This document shows, one piece after another, positions 1 through 10,666 of a stretch of DNA of 64,000 nt. Position numbers and translations under genes: made by a program. A model generated the notes under the pieces. That model had not been told where the DNA came from and made no database searches. It saw nothing but the letters and a program-made list of their open reading frames with translations. Source of the DNA: an uncultured Alphaproteobacteria bacterium (GTDB lineage Bacteria > Pseudomonadota > Alphaproteobacteria > Rhodobacterales > Rhodobacteraceae); NCBI GenBank assembly GCA_902574225.1, contig CACGMO010000005.1, forward strand, positions 4,736-68,735. Reading direction: 5' to 3'. The number at the start of each line of letters is the position of its first letter. Positions within the stretch are counted from its first letter, which is position 1.

Positions 1-227
1 TTTACAGCCCATTGGGAGTTTAGTGACCCAGATATTATCCAATCGAAGACTACAACAGAACCATTATCCACTGATACTATATCAAGGAAAACAAACCAAC
101 TGATCAGTGCGCCCATTGTAACTATTGATGTAGCTAAAATTGTTGCTACATTTTCACCTATGGAACGATACATAAATCCTGCAATCAAAGATCCTAGTAA
201 GGGTCCAAAAATTAAGATTTCAATCAA
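1..227 (-). CDS. nuoL: NADH-quinone oxidoreductase subunit L, N-terminal part (runs off the window start)
   Basis: Not in the ORF track. My reverse-strand translation from TTG at 227-225 reads LIEILIFGPLLGSLIAGFMYRSIGENVATILATSIV..., a typical NuoL N-terminus. It starts 3 nt after the nuoK stop, in nuoA-N order. Confidence 0.75.
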   Translation of the reverse strand, partial: MIEILIFGPLLGSLIAGFMYRSIGENVATILATSIVTMGALISWFVFLDIVSVDNGSVVVFDWIISGSLNSQWAV

Positions 228-230
228 TGT

Positions 231-539
231 TTAACCCTTCATCGTATTCGCATCTTCAATAAAAATAGAATTTCTTAGCCGGTAAAAACAAACAAGTATT
301 GCGAGACCAATTGCTGCTTCCGCGGCAGCAACAGTCAAAATAAACATTGCAAAAACTTGTCCTACCAAGTCTCCAAGATATGACGAAAAAACAACAAAAT
401 TAATGTTCACAGATGCCAAAATTAGCTCGATAGACATCAGGATAATAATTATATTTTTTCTATTAAGAAAAATTCCAAAAACACCTATCACAAAAAGCGA
501 AGCTGAAACAATCAGAAAGTGTTCAATTGGAATTATCAT
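231..539 (-). CDS. nuoK: NADH-quinone oxidoreductase subunit K
   Basis: 102-aa three-TM protein ([26 protein letters not shown]) between nuoJ and nuoL. 4-nt overlap with nuoJ. Confidence 0.93.
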   Translation of the reverse strand: MIIPIEHFLIVSASLFVIGVFGIFLNRKNIIIILMSIELILASVNINFVVFSSYLGDLVGQVFAMFILTVAAAEAAIGLAILVCFYRLRNSIFIEDANTMKG

Positions 540-1141
540 ATACCCTCACCTGGATTAATGTCTTTAACCTCAATTGAGGAATTAGGATCCCTAAATATTT
601 GCTCTGTAATATTTTGTCTTTTGACGTCGGGTCGCGACCGCAATGTAAGAACTATAGAGCCAATCATCGCTATCAACAAAATAATGCCTGCACATTGAAA
701 AAGTAGAAAATAATCTGTATAGACAACCTTCCCTAATGCTACCGTATTTGTTTCAGATAGATTAATTGGGGAACTTAGATTGTCAAAAGATTGTTCCTTA
801 AAATCCCAAGGAACAAATGCCAGGATTAGTTCAATAAATATAACTAATCCAATTAAAATCCCAAAAGGAAGATATTGTGCCACACCACTTCTTAACCCCG
901 CAAAATTAATATTGAGCATCATAACTACGAACAGAAATAAGACCGCTAGCGCTCCTACATAAACGATCATTAGAAGTAGAGCTAAAAATTCTGCACCTAC
1001 AAGAATAAAAAAACCTGCAACTGAGAAAAAAGTCACTATAAGCCATAGTACTGAATGAACAGGGTTATTAGCGAAAATCACTAAAAAGGAAGACAAAATA
1101 GCAGTAAAAGCAAAAAAATAAAAGAAATATAAAGCCATCAA
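536..1141 (-). CDS. nuoJ: NADH-quinone oxidoreductase subunit J
   Basis: 201-aa hydrophobic protein ([10 protein letters not shown].., [16 protein letters not shown]) in the operon position between nuoI and nuoK. Confidence 0.92.
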   Translation of the reverse strand: MMALYFFYFFAFTAILSSFLVIFANNPVHSVLWLIVTFFSVAGFFILVGAEFLALLLMIVYVGALAVLFLFVVMMLNINFAGLRSGVAQYLPFGILIGLVIFIELILAFVPWDFKEQSFDNLSSPINLSETNTVALGKVVYTDYFLLFQCAGIILLIAMIGSIVLTLRSRPDVKRQNITEQIFRDPNSSIEVKDINPGEGI

Positions 1142-1154
1142 TTACTTACCTTAC

Positions 1155-1646
1155 TCATTTGTAAGGAGCATCGAGCTTAATGTTTTCGGAAATTGCATTT
1201 TCCCATTTATCTCCATTCTCTAACAATTTTTCTTTAGTATAAAAAAGCTCTTCTCTTGTCTCAGTAGCAAATTCAAAGTTTGGGCCCTCTACTATTGCAT
1301 CAACCGGACAAGCCTCTTGGCAAAAACCACAATAAATACATTTCGTCATATCAATATCATATCGTGTAGTTTTTCTTGATCCGTCTTCTCTTACTTCGGC
1401 GTCAATCACAATTGCTTGCGCTGGACAGATAGCCTCACATAATTTGCACGCTATACACCTTTCTTCACCGTTAGCATACCTTCGGAGAGCATGCTCACCT
1501 CGAAACCTCGGTGAAATGCGTCCTTTTTCGTATGGGTAATTTATAGTGGCTTTCTTCTTGAAAAAATACTTAAACGCAAGACCTGATGCTTTAAAAAAGT
1601 CTAACCAAAGTAAGTATTTCAAAAAATATTTTAATTTATATCCCAT
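1155..1646 (-). CDS. nuoI: NADH-quinone oxidoreductase subunit I (2x[4Fe-4S] ferredoxin type)
   Basis: Two CxxCxxCxxxCP motifs ([24 protein letters not shown]). 163 aa, correct operon position. Confidence 0.95.
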   Translation of the reverse strand: MGYKLKYFLKYLLWLDFFKASGLAFKYFFKKKATINYPYEKGRISPRFRGEHALRRYANGEERCIACKLCEAICPAQAIVIDAEVREDGSRKTTRYDIDMTKCIYCGFCQEACPVDAIVEGPNFEFATETREELFYTKEKLLENGDKWENAISENIKLDAPYK

Positions 1647-1650
1647 GTAA

Positions 1651-2667
1651 TTACCACCTTGCGTAATTCAAAAGTTTAAAATGGGCCATAAACGATACAA
1701 AAACTACCCATCCTAATGAAACTGGGAGCATAACTTTCCAACCTAGCCTCATTAATTGATCATACCTGTATCTTGGCACGAGACCCTTAATCAAGGAAAA
1801 TACGAAAAAAAACAATAACATTTTGCTAAACATCCAGAAAAAACCGTCGGGTAAAGAGGGTATAGGTGATAACCACCCTCCAAAGAAAAGGATCGTGATC
1901 AAGGCTGTCATCAATAATACTGCGCTTAGTTCACCAATCATAAAAAGCAGGTAAGGGGTTGAAGTATATTCAACTTGATATCCTGCAACAAGCTCTGCTT
2001 CCGCCTCGGGCAAATCAAAGGGCGGCCTGTTCGTTTCAGCTAAAGCTGACACAAGGAAAAAGAAGACCATTGGTAGATGTGGAAGCCAAAACCAACTCAA
2101 CATTCCATAATCACTTTTCTGAGCCAGAACAATTTCACTCAAATTAAGAGATCCAGCCGAAATAATAACGCCGATAATTATAAAACCAATAGAGACTTCA
2201 TATGATATCATTTGAGACGCTGACCTGAGGCTTCCTAAAAACGGGTACTTGGAATTTGATGCCCAGCCCCCCATAATAACTCCATAGACTTCTAAACTAG
2301 AGACTGCAAACAAATATAATAAGCCGATATTAATATTTGAAACCACCCAACCATCATCAAACGGGACTACTACCCATGCTATAAGCGCCAACACAAAACT
2401 TATAAGAGGAGCTAAGAAAAAAACCACTTTGTCAGATTCAGTGGGAACAATTATTTCTTTAAACACATGTTTCAGTAAGTCAGCAAAACTCTGTAATATT
2501 CCAAAAGGCCCAACAACATTTGGCCCTCTTCTTAGCTGTAAAAGGCCCCAAACTTTTCTTTCTCCGTACATTATGAAAGCCAAGCTAGCCAATACACACA
2601 TTATCACCAAAAAACACTGACCTACCACTATAGCTAAAATACCAATATTTGTTTCAAAAAAAGACAT
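1651..2667 (-). CDS. nuoH: NADH-quinone oxidoreductase subunit H
   Basis: 338-aa polytopic membrane protein with ND1/NuoH signatures ([37 protein letters not shown]). Confidence 0.95.
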   Translation of the reverse strand: MSFFETNIGILAIVVGQCFLVIMCVLASLAFIMYGERKVWGLLQLRRGPNVVGPFGILQSFADLLKHVFKEIIVPTESDKVVFFLAPLISFVLALIAWVVVPFDDGWVVSNINIGLLYLFAVSSLEVYGVIMGGWASNSKYPFLGSLRSASQMISYEVSIGFIIIGVIISAGSLNLSEIVLAQKSDYGMLSWFWLPHLPMVFFFLVSALAETNRPPFDLPEAEAELVAGYQVEYTSTPYLLFMIGELSAVLLMTALITILFFGGWLSPIPSLPDGFFWMFSKMLLFFFVFSLIKGLVPRYRYDQLMRLGWKVMLPVSLGWVVFVSFMAHFKLLNYARW

Positions 2668-4713
2668 CTAACTTGCCTTTTTAAGATTATGAGAATTTCT
2701 AGCTCTCGCTAGACTACCCATCGTTTTACTCGCTCTACAAATGCTATTAGAGAGATAGTAATTCTTGACATATCCTGGTAACGATATTTTTGAATCTAAT
2801 TTCTTTTGTTTTTTGACAGCTTTCCAAGGCACCTCGATTATTTCACCAGGCTTTGAAATTAATTGAAACTCATCAAATAAAGCATTTCTTAATCCATTGA
2901 GATCTAGCCAATTTGGAACATAACCTAACTTTTCTGTGAGTGCTCGCAGTATTTTCCAATTTTCCTTAGCTTTTCCTGGGGGCTGAATTGCTTTTCTTGC
3001 AAATTGCATTCTTCCCTCCATATTCACAAAAATGCCTTCTTCTTCTAAATAACATGCAGAAGGAAAAATAAGGTCAGCCGAACCTGCGCCTTTATCTCCA
3101 TGACTTCCCTGATAAATTACGAAGGTTCCTTGATCAACATCCAATGTATCACAGCCTAAGTTGTAGATTGTCTTTGTTTCCTTTATCAACTCTTGTTTAA
3201 CCTTAACATCGGTTTCGAAACCCAAATCCAATGATCCCACCGCACTTGCGTTTTGGTGCAGAACAAGAAGCTTTGAATTAAACTTTTCTACGTATGATCT
3301 GATAGTGTTTAAAGCAGTATCTGCTAATTTGGAGTTCAAAAAACTGTACCCAACTAAAAACATTGTGTTAGTCCAAAAAGATTTCTTTGAACCCAATTTA
3401 TCTAAAAAATTTTGTAGATCGAAAAGAGAGACTCCGAGCTCTTTAACATCATAGGTTAAATTTTCTTGAATGCCCAACCGATATACATCTGCACCGTTTA
3501 TCCAAGCCTTCCGAATTCTTGCATTTACAACAGACGCCTCTTTTCTAGGATTAGTACCAAGAAGAAAAATGTTTCTTGCGTTATCTAAATCTTCAATTTT
3601 TCCATTGCCAACGTAAACAGATCTTTCATTTAAAGGAAAGGTGGTATCTAAATCTCCAAGGATTTTTGCACTTCCTAGATACTCACTTAATTTGCTCGCT
3701 GTATATAGAGCTTCCACATTTACTAGGTCTCCCGCCACAAATGTTGTATTTCCGTTTTCCATTCTCTTAGATGCTATTGATAATGCATCTTCCCAACTTG
3801 TTGGCATCAAATTACCTTCAATTTTTTTTAATGGTGTATCTAGCCGCTGGACCCTGATACCATCCCAGACAAATCTACTTTTATCTGATATCCACTCTTC
3901 ATTAACAAGATGATTTTCTCTTGGTGTTATCCTCATAACCCGGTTCCCTTTTGAGTCTACCCTGATATTAGACCCAATACCGTCCATTACATCTATAGTA
4001 TCCGTCTTCTGTAATTCCCAAGGCCGTGCTGTGAAAGCATATGGTTTAGACGTTAACGCACCAACCGGGCAAAGATCGATAATATTTCCTTGTAATTCAC
4101 TATCTAAAGTATGGCTAAGATAGGTCACTATTTCAGAGTTCTCTCCCCTACCTGTCTGCCCCATTTGGTCAATTCCAGCTACTTCAGTAGTAAATCTTAC
4201 ACAACGTGTACAGGAAATACATCGAGTCATATGTGTCTCTACTAAAGGGCCAAGGTCATAATCTTCTACTGTTCTTTTTTCCTCAGTGTATCTAGATTCA
4301 CCCAATCCAAAGGACATCGCTTGGTCCTGCAGATCACACTCACCGCCCTGATCACATATCGGACAATCTAATGGGTGATTTATTAATAGAAATTCCATTA
4401 CCCCTTTTCGTGCGTTTTCTACCATTTCAGAATTGGTCAGAACCTGAGGCGGCTCTCCATTTGGTCCTGACCTTAAATCTTTGAGCTGCATTGCACATGA
4501 TGCAGTTGGCTTAGGGGGTCCACCTACAACCTCGACTAAGCACATTCTACAGTTGCCTGCTATCGAAAGTCTTTCATGATAACAAAAACGAGGTATTTGT
4601 ATTCCTGATAGTTCACAAGCTTGAATAATGGTTAGGTTTTCATCGAAATCTAAAATTGTATCGTTTATCTTAATTGATTTTGTGGTCATCTTTATTCTAC
4701 TCTGCAGCTTCAA
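2668..4713 (-). CDS. nuoG: NADH-quinone oxidoreductase subunit G (75-kDa Fe-S subunit)
   Basis: N-terminal 2Fe-2S and 4Fe-4S cysteine clusters ([43 protein letters not shown]). The track start is a TTG overlapping nuoF. The ATG at 4689 ([10 protein letters not shown]) is the more likely start. Confidence 0.93.
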   Translation of the reverse strand: MKLQSRIKMTTKSIKINDTILDFDENLTIIQACELSGIQIPRFCYHERLSIAGNCRMCLVEVVGGPPKPTASCAMQLKDLRSGPNGEPPQVLTNSEMVENARKGVMEFLLINHPLDCPICDQGGECDLQDQAMSFGLGESRYTEEKRTVEDYDLGPLVETHMTRCISCTRCVRFTTEVAGIDQMGQTGRGENSEIVTYLSHTLDSELQGNIIDLCPVGALTSKPYAFTARPWELQKTDTIDVMDGIGSNIRVDSKGNRVMRITPRENHLVNEEWISDKSRFVWDGIRVQRLDTPLKKIEGNLMPTSWEDALSIASKRMENGNTTFVAGDLVNVEALYTASKLSEYLGSAKILGDLDTTFPLNERSVYVGNGKIEDLDNARNIFLLGTNPRKEASVVNARIRKAWINGADVYRLGIQENLTYDVKELGVSLFDLQNFLDKLGSKKSFWTNTMFLVGYSFLNSKLADTALNTIRSYVEKFNSKLLVLHQNASAVGSLDLGFETDVKVKQELIKETKTIYNLGCDTLDVDQGTFVIYQGSHGDKGAGSADLIFPSACYLEEEGIFVNMEGRMQFARKAIQPPGKAKENWKILRALTEKLGYVPNWLDLNGLRNALFDEFQLISKPGEIIEVPWKAVKKQKKLDSKISLPGYVKNYYLSNSICRASKTMGSLARARNSHNLKKAS

Positions 4714-5986
4714 CAGTTTTTCTTTTCGAATAGTTCATTATTCTATCTTCAACCTCATTTCTAAAATGCCTTATTAATCCCTGTATTGGCCAAGCCGCCG
4801 CATCACCGAGCGCACAAATGGTATGACCCTCTACTTGTTTAGTAATCTCTATCAACATATCTATCTCATCAACAGAGGCATCGCCCTTCACAAGTCTTTC
4901 CATAATTCTCATCATCCAACCTGTGCCTTCTCTGCAAGGTGTACATTGGCCACAGCTTTCGTGTTTATAAAATTTTGATAATCTCCAAATTGCCTTAATA
5001 ATGTCGGTGCTTTGGTCCATAACAATAACAGCTGCTGTACCAAGCCCTGAGCGCTGTTCTTTTAGCCAATCAAAATCCATTAGAGCATCATCACAAACTG
5101 ATTTTGGAATGAGTGGCACCGAAGCACCACCAGGAATGACAGCTTTTAGATTATTCCAACCACCTATCACGCCTCCACAATGCTTATCAATTAAATCTCT
5201 TAAAGAGATAGACATTTCTTCTTCCACAACGCAAGGACTATTGATATGTCCAGATATTGCAAAAAGCTTAGTTCCATGGTTATTCTTTCTACCTAAGCTA
5301 GAAAACCAGCTACTTCCTCTTTTTAAAATAGTGGGCACAACAGCGATAGATTCAACATTGTTTACCGTTGTGGGACACCCATAAAGTCCTGCTCCAGCTG
5401 GAAATGGGGGTTTCATTCTAGGCATACCTTTCCTTCCCTCTAATGACTCCAACAGGGCGGTCTCTTCACCACATATGTACGCTCCTGCACCGTGATGACT
5501 GTATACATCAAATGATATCCCAGATTTACAAGCATTTTTTCCAATAAAACCTTTTTCATATGCCTCAAAAATAGCAATCTCAAGTTGTTCTCTCTCTCTT
5601 ACATACTCACCTCGTATATAAATATAAGCTGCGGAACAGCCCATTGCTATTCCTGCTAACAGACAGCCTTCCAAGAGGCTATGTGGCTCATGTCTGAGTA
5701 TTTCTCTATCCTTACAGGTCCCAGGTTCAGACTCGTCTGCATTTATAACTAAATACTTTGGCTTATCTGTACTTTTTGGCATGAATGACCACTTCAAACC
5801 CGTAGGAAAACCAGCCCCTCCCCTTCCTCTCAAGCCAGAATCTTGTATTGTTTTTATTATCTCTTCAGGACCTCTTGCTATTATAGCTTTCGTATCAACC
5901 CAGCCACCACGCGCCATTACTCCCTTCAAAGAGCGCTCTTGAAAGCCATGGATATTTGGGAATATTTTGTCTTTCTCTTTAAGCAA
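4697..5986 (-). CDS. nuoF: NADH-quinone oxidoreductase subunit F (FMN/NADH-binding)
   Basis: [43 protein letters not shown] motifs. 429 aa. Confidence 0.96.
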   Translation of the reverse strand: MLKEKDKIFPNIHGFQERSLKGVMARGGWVDTKAIIARGPEEIIKTIQDSGLRGRGGAGFPTGLKWSFMPKSTDKPKYLVINADESEPGTCKDREILRHEPHSLLEGCLLAGIAMGCSAAYIYIRGEYVREREQLEIAIFEAYEKGFIGKNACKSGISFDVYSHHGAGAYICGEETALLESLEGRKGMPRMKPPFPAGAGLYGCPTTVNNVESIAVVPTILKRGSSWFSSLGRKNNHGTKLFAISGHINSPCVVEEEMSISLRDLIDKHCGGVIGGWNNLKAVIPGGASVPLIPKSVCDDALMDFDWLKEQRSGLGTAAVIVMDQSTDIIKAIWRLSKFYKHESCGQCTPCREGTGWMMRIMERLVKGDASVDEIDMLIEITKQVEGHTICALGDAAAWPIQGLIRHFRNEVEDRIMNYSKRKTVEAAE

Positions 5987-5989
5987 ATT

Positions 5990-6628
5990 TCAGCCCCTAT
6001 ATCTTTCAATGGAAGCGTTCTCACTTGACGATTTTTTTCTACTATATTTTTTTGTCATGTTTGAAGGTTCGGAAGAAAACCTTCCAACTCTTGAGCCGGG
6101 AACTGGCGACTTATTACTCTCTACATCAGAGATAAGTTTTTCAAATGAGACTTTGTCAAGATCTTCAAAATAATCGGACCCTATTTGTACAACTGGAGCA
6201 TTTACACAACCTCCCAAACACTCAACCTCTTCCCAACTCATAGATCCATCAGCAGAAGGAGCATGTTGTTTCCCATTTATTCTAGCTTTGCAAATATCGA
6301 TTAGGGACTCAGATCCCCTGAGCATGCAAGGAGTTGTACCACATACTTGAAAGTGAGCCTTAGAACCTACAGGTTTCAGATGAAACATAAAGTAAAAGGT
6401 AGCGACTTCCAAAACTCTAATCTCAGGCATATCTAAAAAGTTAGCAACAAATTCTATTGCTGGCTTTGAGACCCATCCCTCTTGCTCTTGCGCTTTCCAT
6501 AATAATGGTATTACTGCACTGGCTTGTCTACCTTTAGGGTACTTCTTCAACTGCGCTTTAGCCCATTTAAGATTTGTCTTTGAGAACGAGAATTCTTCTG
6601 GTTGATTTACTGAAAGCCTTCTTAGCAT
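5990..6628 (-). CDS. nuoE: NADH-quinone oxidoreductase subunit E (2Fe-2S)
   Basis: Thioredoxin-like 2Fe-2S subunit pattern ([11 protein letters not shown] ... CLGGCVNAP). Basic, Ser-rich C-terminal tail. Confidence 0.93.
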   Translation of the reverse strand: MLRRLSVNQPEEFSFSKTNLKWAKAQLKKYPKGRQASAVIPLLWKAQEQEGWVSKPAIEFVANFLDMPEIRVLEVATFYFMFHLKPVGSKAHFQVCGTTPCMLRGSESLIDICKARINGKQHAPSADGSMSWEEVECLGGCVNAPVVQIGSDYFEDLDKVSFEKLISDVESNKSPVPGSRVGRFSSEPSNMTKKYSRKKSSSENASIERYRG

Positions 6629-7821
6629 TATCTGTCAATCTCCCCAAAAACAATATCTAATGAACCCAAAATGGCTGAAACATCAGCTAGCTGATGGCCT
6701 CTAGTTATTCGCTCCATAGCTGAAAGATGTACAAATCCAGGCGCTCTGAGCTTTACTCTATATGGCTGATTAGTTCCATCAGATAAAACAAATACTCCGA
6801 ATTCACCTTTCGGTGCTTCTACGCAAGAATAGATACTGCCTTTAGGCACTCGAAACCCCTCAGTATAGAGCTTAAAATGATGTATTAATGCCTCCATAGA
6901 ATTCTTCATATCGTCTCTTTTAGGTGGGGTAAATTTGCCTCTCACCAAAACATCGTCGCCGACGGTATGCTCTAATTTTTTGATAGCTTGCTTAATTATA
7001 TTTACACTTTCTCTCATCTCTTGAATTCTCAACAAATATCTATCATAACAATCGCCATTTTTTCCAATTGGAATAGAAAACTTATATTCGCTGTATGTCT
7101 CATACGGTTGAGACCGTCTCAAGTCCCATGGAACCCCAGACCCCCTTAGCATTACTCCTGAAAACCCAAGCTCGATGGCTTCTTCTTTTGACACAACACC
7201 AATATCTACATTGCGTTGCTTGAAAATTCGGTTCTCTGTAAGAAGACCCTCAAGATCATTAAGCTTTTCGGGAAAGCTTTCAGCCCAATCAAAAATATCC
7301 TCCAATAATTTCGTTGGAAGATCTTGATGCACACCTCCCGGTCTGAAATAGGCAGCATGGAGCCGAGCACCACTCGCTCTTTCATAAAACTCCATAAGCT
7401 TCTCACGCTCTTCAAATCCCCAAAAAATTGGGGTAAGCGCCCCTACATCCATTCCTTGTGTTGTTATATTCAGTAAATGGTTGAGTACTCGTCCTATTTC
7501 ACAGAATAGAACCCGAATATCTGAAGATCTCTTAGTTATTTTGATATCACACAGCGTTTCTAGAGCAAGACACCACGCATGTTCTTGGTTCATTGGGGCC
7601 ACATAATCCAATCTATCTAGATAGGGAAGATTTTGAAGATACGTCCTAGACTCCATGAGCTTCTCCGTGCCTCTGTGAAGCAATCCAATGTGTGGATCCA
7701 CCCTTTCCACAATTTCACCGTCAAGCTCAAGAACCATTCGAAGAACACCATGGGCTGCGGGATGCTGTGGCCCAAAATTCATCGTTAGAGTATTTTTATC
7801 CGTATTTTTCTTGTCTAGCAT
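6628..7821 (-). CDS. nuoD: NADH-quinone oxidoreductase subunit D
   Basis: [26 protein letters not shown] and C-terminal DIVFGEIDR signatures. 397 aa. Confidence 0.96.
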   Translation of the reverse strand: MLDKKNTDKNTLTMNFGPQHPAAHGVLRMVLELDGEIVERVDPHIGLLHRGTEKLMESRTYLQNLPYLDRLDYVAPMNQEHAWCLALETLCDIKITKRSSDIRVLFCEIGRVLNHLLNITTQGMDVGALTPIFWGFEEREKLMEFYERASGARLHAAYFRPGGVHQDLPTKLLEDIFDWAESFPEKLNDLEGLLTENRIFKQRNVDIGVVSKEEAIELGFSGVMLRGSGVPWDLRRSQPYETYSEYKFSIPIGKNGDCYDRYLLRIQEMRESVNIIKQAIKKLEHTVGDDVLVRGKFTPPKRDDMKNSMEALIHHFKLYTEGFRVPKGSIYSCVEAPKGEFGVFVLSDGTNQPYRVKLRAPGFVHLSAMERITRGHQLADVSAILGSLDIVFGEIDR

Positions 7822-7824
7822 TAT

Positions 7825-8424
7825 TCAATTCTTAGTATTTTTAGTAGTATCGGTATAAACGTTGGGATTATCCCAAGGGCTTAGAAAGTCAAAGTCCCTA
7901 TAACCTTGGGTAAGAGTAGTTGGTTCATAGACCACCCTTTTTTCTACCTCATCATACCTTACTTCTAGGAACCCTGTAGTAGGAAAATCCTTCCTTAATG
8001 GATGACCTTCAAAACCATAGTCTGTCAAAATTCGCCTAAGGTCTGGGTGAGATGAGAATCTTATTCCAAATAAATCAAAAATCTCACGTTCAAACCAATT
8101 AGCACACTCAAATACAGGCGTTACACTTTTAACCGTCTCCTGGTCAGATACATCCATGGTTATTTTACATCTTTTATTTTCAGTCATAGATAAAAGATGA
8201 TAAATCAATTGAAATCTTTTTTCTTTAGCTGGAAAATCTATTGCCGTTATGTCTATTAAAGTTGTAAATGAAAATCCTTTTTTTGATCTTAAATATGTTA
8301 CCACTTCTACAATTGCGCTGGGGATAATATCAAAAATAATGTGAGCATGTTCTTCTTTGATGCTCAGCACGGAGTCCCGTAGAGTGTCAGTTAGGTTGTT
8401 TTGAAAACTTGTGAGATCAACCAT
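7825..8424 (-). CDS. nuoC: NADH-quinone oxidoreductase subunit C
   Basis: 30-kDa subunit motifs (ANWFEREIFDLFGIRFSSHPDLRRILTDYGFEGHPLRKDFP). Separate from nuoD. Confidence 0.94.
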   Translation of the reverse strand: MVDLTSFQNNLTDTLRDSVLSIKEEHAHIIFDIIPSAIVEVVTYLRSKKGFSFTTLIDITAIDFPAKEKRFQLIYHLLSMTENKRCKITMDVSDQETVKSVTPVFECANWFEREIFDLFGIRFSSHPDLRRILTDYGFEGHPLRKDFPTTGFLEVRYDEVEKRVVYEPTTLTQGYRDFDFLSPWDNPNVYTDTTKNTKN

Positions 8425-8425
8425 T

Positions 8426-8980
8426 TCAACGCTTCACAGTACCAGTTCTTCTTATCTTCTTTTGTAATTGCATGATGCCATAAAGAAGTGCTTCCGCACT
8501 TGGTGGACAGCCCGGGACATATATATCAACAGGTACAATCCGATCACATCCTCTTACTACAGAGTATGAATAGTGGTAATATCCACCTCCATTAGCGCAA
8601 CTACCCATCGAAATTACATACCTGGGCTCTGGCATTTGATCATAAACTTTTCTAAGCGCTGGAGCCATTTTGTTTGTCAACGTACCTGCTACAATCATTA
8701 AATCGGATTGTCTTGGACTTCCTCTAGGTATTGCACCAAAACGCTCTAAATCATAACGAGGGATAGAGGTGTGCATCATCTCAACTGCACAACACGCTAA
8801 ACCGAAGGTCATCCAGTATAAGCTGCCTGTTCTAGACCAGTTTATTACGTCATTTACCGTTGTAAGGATGTACCCTTTGTTATTACTTCCGGCTAGTGAT
8901 ATTTCTTGATCGTTGTCAAATTTATCATCCAGAACACCGCTTGAGGTCGTTATTCCCACTCCAATGCCCCTTTCTTCCAT
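8426..8980 (-). CDS. nuoB: NADH-quinone oxidoreductase subunit B
   Basis: [27 protein letters not shown] cluster-N2 motifs. The N-terminus overlaps the nuoA 3' end by 31 nt, so the exact start is uncertain. Confidence 0.94.
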   Translation of the reverse strand: MEERGIGVGITTSSGVLDDKFDNDQEISLAGSNNKGYILTTVNDVINWSRTGSLYWMTFGLACCAVEMMHTSIPRYDLERFGAIPRGSPRQSDLMIVAGTLTNKMAPALRKVYDQMPEPRYVISMGSCANGGGYYHYSYSVVRGCDRIVPVDIYVPGCPPSAEALLYGIMQLQKKIRRTGTVKR

Positions 8981-9315
8981 TCATATAGAAAGCCGATAGT
9001 CAAAATCAACAGAAACAGCATCATCGACCAAAAACCTAAAGATCCTATGTGCTGAAAACCAACCGCCCATGGAAATAAAAAAGCAACTTCCAGATCAAAT
9101 ATAACAAAAAGAATGGCAACTAAGTAAAACCTAATATCAAACTTCAATCTTGCACTTTCGAAAGGCTCAAAACCACATTCATATGCGGAGTTTTTTTCAT
9201 TATCAGGATTGGAAACGGCAGCCACTAATGGTGCAAGCATCAAAATCAACCCGAACGCAAGTGAAATACCGAAAAAAACAACCAGCGGAAAATATTCCTC
9301 TAGATACCCAGTCAA
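8950..9315 (-). CDS. nuoA: NADH-quinone oxidoreductase subunit A
   Basis: 121-aa three-TM protein ([30 protein letters not shown]). First gene of the operon, with an AT-rich upstream spacer. Confidence 0.93.
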   Translation of the reverse strand: MTGYLEEYFPLVVFFGISLAFGLILMLAPLVAAVSNPDNEKNSAYECGFEPFESARLKFDIRFYLVAILFVIFDLEVAFLFPWAVGFQHIGSLGFWSMMLFLLILTIGFLYEWKKGALEWE

Positions 9316-9451
9316 GAGAGCCCCCTAAAAATTTATCTCAACTCTTTATATATCGAAATAACTAATAAATATATAAAAAAAATTAAATAAACAGCGCGAA
9401 ATAGCCACACCCCCTTTTGTATTACAATTTAACTATTTCTAAGCGCTTAGA

Positions 9452-10666
9452 TCAATTTCCTATTTCGGTTCGTATAGTATCTCTTGCCTGAAGCGTTAAA
9501 CCTGTTGAGCCAAGAATTTGTGAGAGCGTTCTGCTGTAGAGTGACAAAGGCTGCGTGGCCACGAAAACTATGTCATCTGGTCTCATTTCAAATTGATTTG
9601 CTAAACTGACTCTTGTTGGATTTGTTATATCCAAATGGAAAGCTTGAAAGAACTTTTTCTTTCTTCTTAAAACATAAATTTGGCTAAAGTCTGAAGTGGT
9701 ACTATTAAGCACGCTTCCTGAAAAAATTGTGTCGGATAACGAAGGACGCAAAAAAGAGTTGATAGGTATAGCTCTTTGAGCACCTGTTTCTCCGACCAGC
9801 AACACCTTTTCTTTCTTGTAATTGAGAGATTTTACAAAAATCCTGTCACCGGGAAAAATTCGAACCTTTTTTAAAGTATTTCTTATTAGATTGTTGTAAG
9901 AAAGATTATATTCCTCATTACCACGCAAAATTGATATTTTTGCATCTACAGTTGAAGATACGGGAGTCTCTCCTAGAACTTGCTCTATGAAAATTGGAGT
10001 TGATACGTAGGGGATTGATCTAGTTTTCATTCCAGTAGAGATAGAAAAATGCTTGCTCCTGAAATCTTTTATGAACAGATTGAAATCTGTGTTTCCACCT
10101 GTCTCAACAACTTTTTTGTAAATTAAATCTTCTAGTTCTGTAAGTGTCTTGCCTTCTGCATTTAATCTTCCTAATTGAAAAAAGTTTATCAAACCGTCTT
10201 CATTAACCGTTAGATTACGGGTCACTCTAGTGTTTAGTCCTTCAGCACCAGGAACTAACTCCTCATATGCTAAAACGTCACCTATCCCAATAAGATAAGG
10301 ACCAGGGTAATTATTGGTTGGATGCTTTTCTACTAAAGCAACCTCCGTAGGAACCAATTTTGCGGGCTCCTTTAAGTCGCCTGCTTCTATTATGTAACGC
10401 TTATACGGAGCACTGTTGGCTAATTTTATATTATTGGTGGTCATCGGCACTATAACAACATTACTATCTTGTTGTTTTTCAGACCTATCTGATCTAGAAA
10501 TCGTCTTTAGTTCAATAGGAAAATAAACTCTTCCACAAGCGGAAAAAGAAAGCACCCCGATCAACAGGACCGATAAAAAAATATTTCTCTTTATGAACAA
10601 CAAAGAAAATTGCAATGCTGTTAGTCTATCAGAAAAAACCCTAGACATTTTTTTTCTTTCTCCCAT
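9452..10666 (-). CDS. Polysaccharide export outer-membrane protein (Wza-like; Poly_export + SLBB-type)
   Basis: Lipoprotein-like signal ending ..LSFSAC. Poly_export-like core (GPYLIGIGDVLAYE). Repeated beta-grasp-like segments. Directly downstream of the Wzc-like gene. The start is probably MSRVF at 10648. Confidence 0.78.
   Translation of the reverse strand: MGERKKMSRVFSDRLTALQFSLLFIKRNIFLSVLLIGVLSFSACGRVYFPIELKTISRSDRSEKQQDSNVVIVPMTTNNIKLANSAPYKRYIIEAGDLKEPAKLVPTEVALVEKHPTNNYPGPYLIGIGDVLAYEELVPGAEGLNTRVTRNLTVNEDGLINFFQLGRLNAEGKTLTELEDLIYKKVVETGGNTDFNLFIKDFRSKHFSISTGMKTRSIPYVSTPIFIEQVLGETPVSSTVDAKISILRGNEEYNLSYNNLIRNTLKKVRIFPGDRIFVKSLNYKKEKVLLVGETGAQRAIPINSFLRPSLSDTIFSGSVLNSTTSDFSQIYVLRRKKKFFQAFHLDITNPTRVSLANQFEMRPDDIVFVATQPLSLYSRTLSQILGSTGLTLQARDTIRTEIGN

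Noticed and set aside
5001-5384. Long antisense ORFs inside well-supported genes: 5001-5384 in nuoF, 22863-23351 in the acyl-CoA synthetase, 24387-24722 in the ABC exporter, 38372-38719 in galU, 50624-51199 in the nucleotidyltransferase and 58432-58881 in GT9.
   Set aside because: Each lies fully within, and opposite to, a gene with strong family motifs. Their translations are low-complexity, with no recognisable motifs. They are shadow ORFs.
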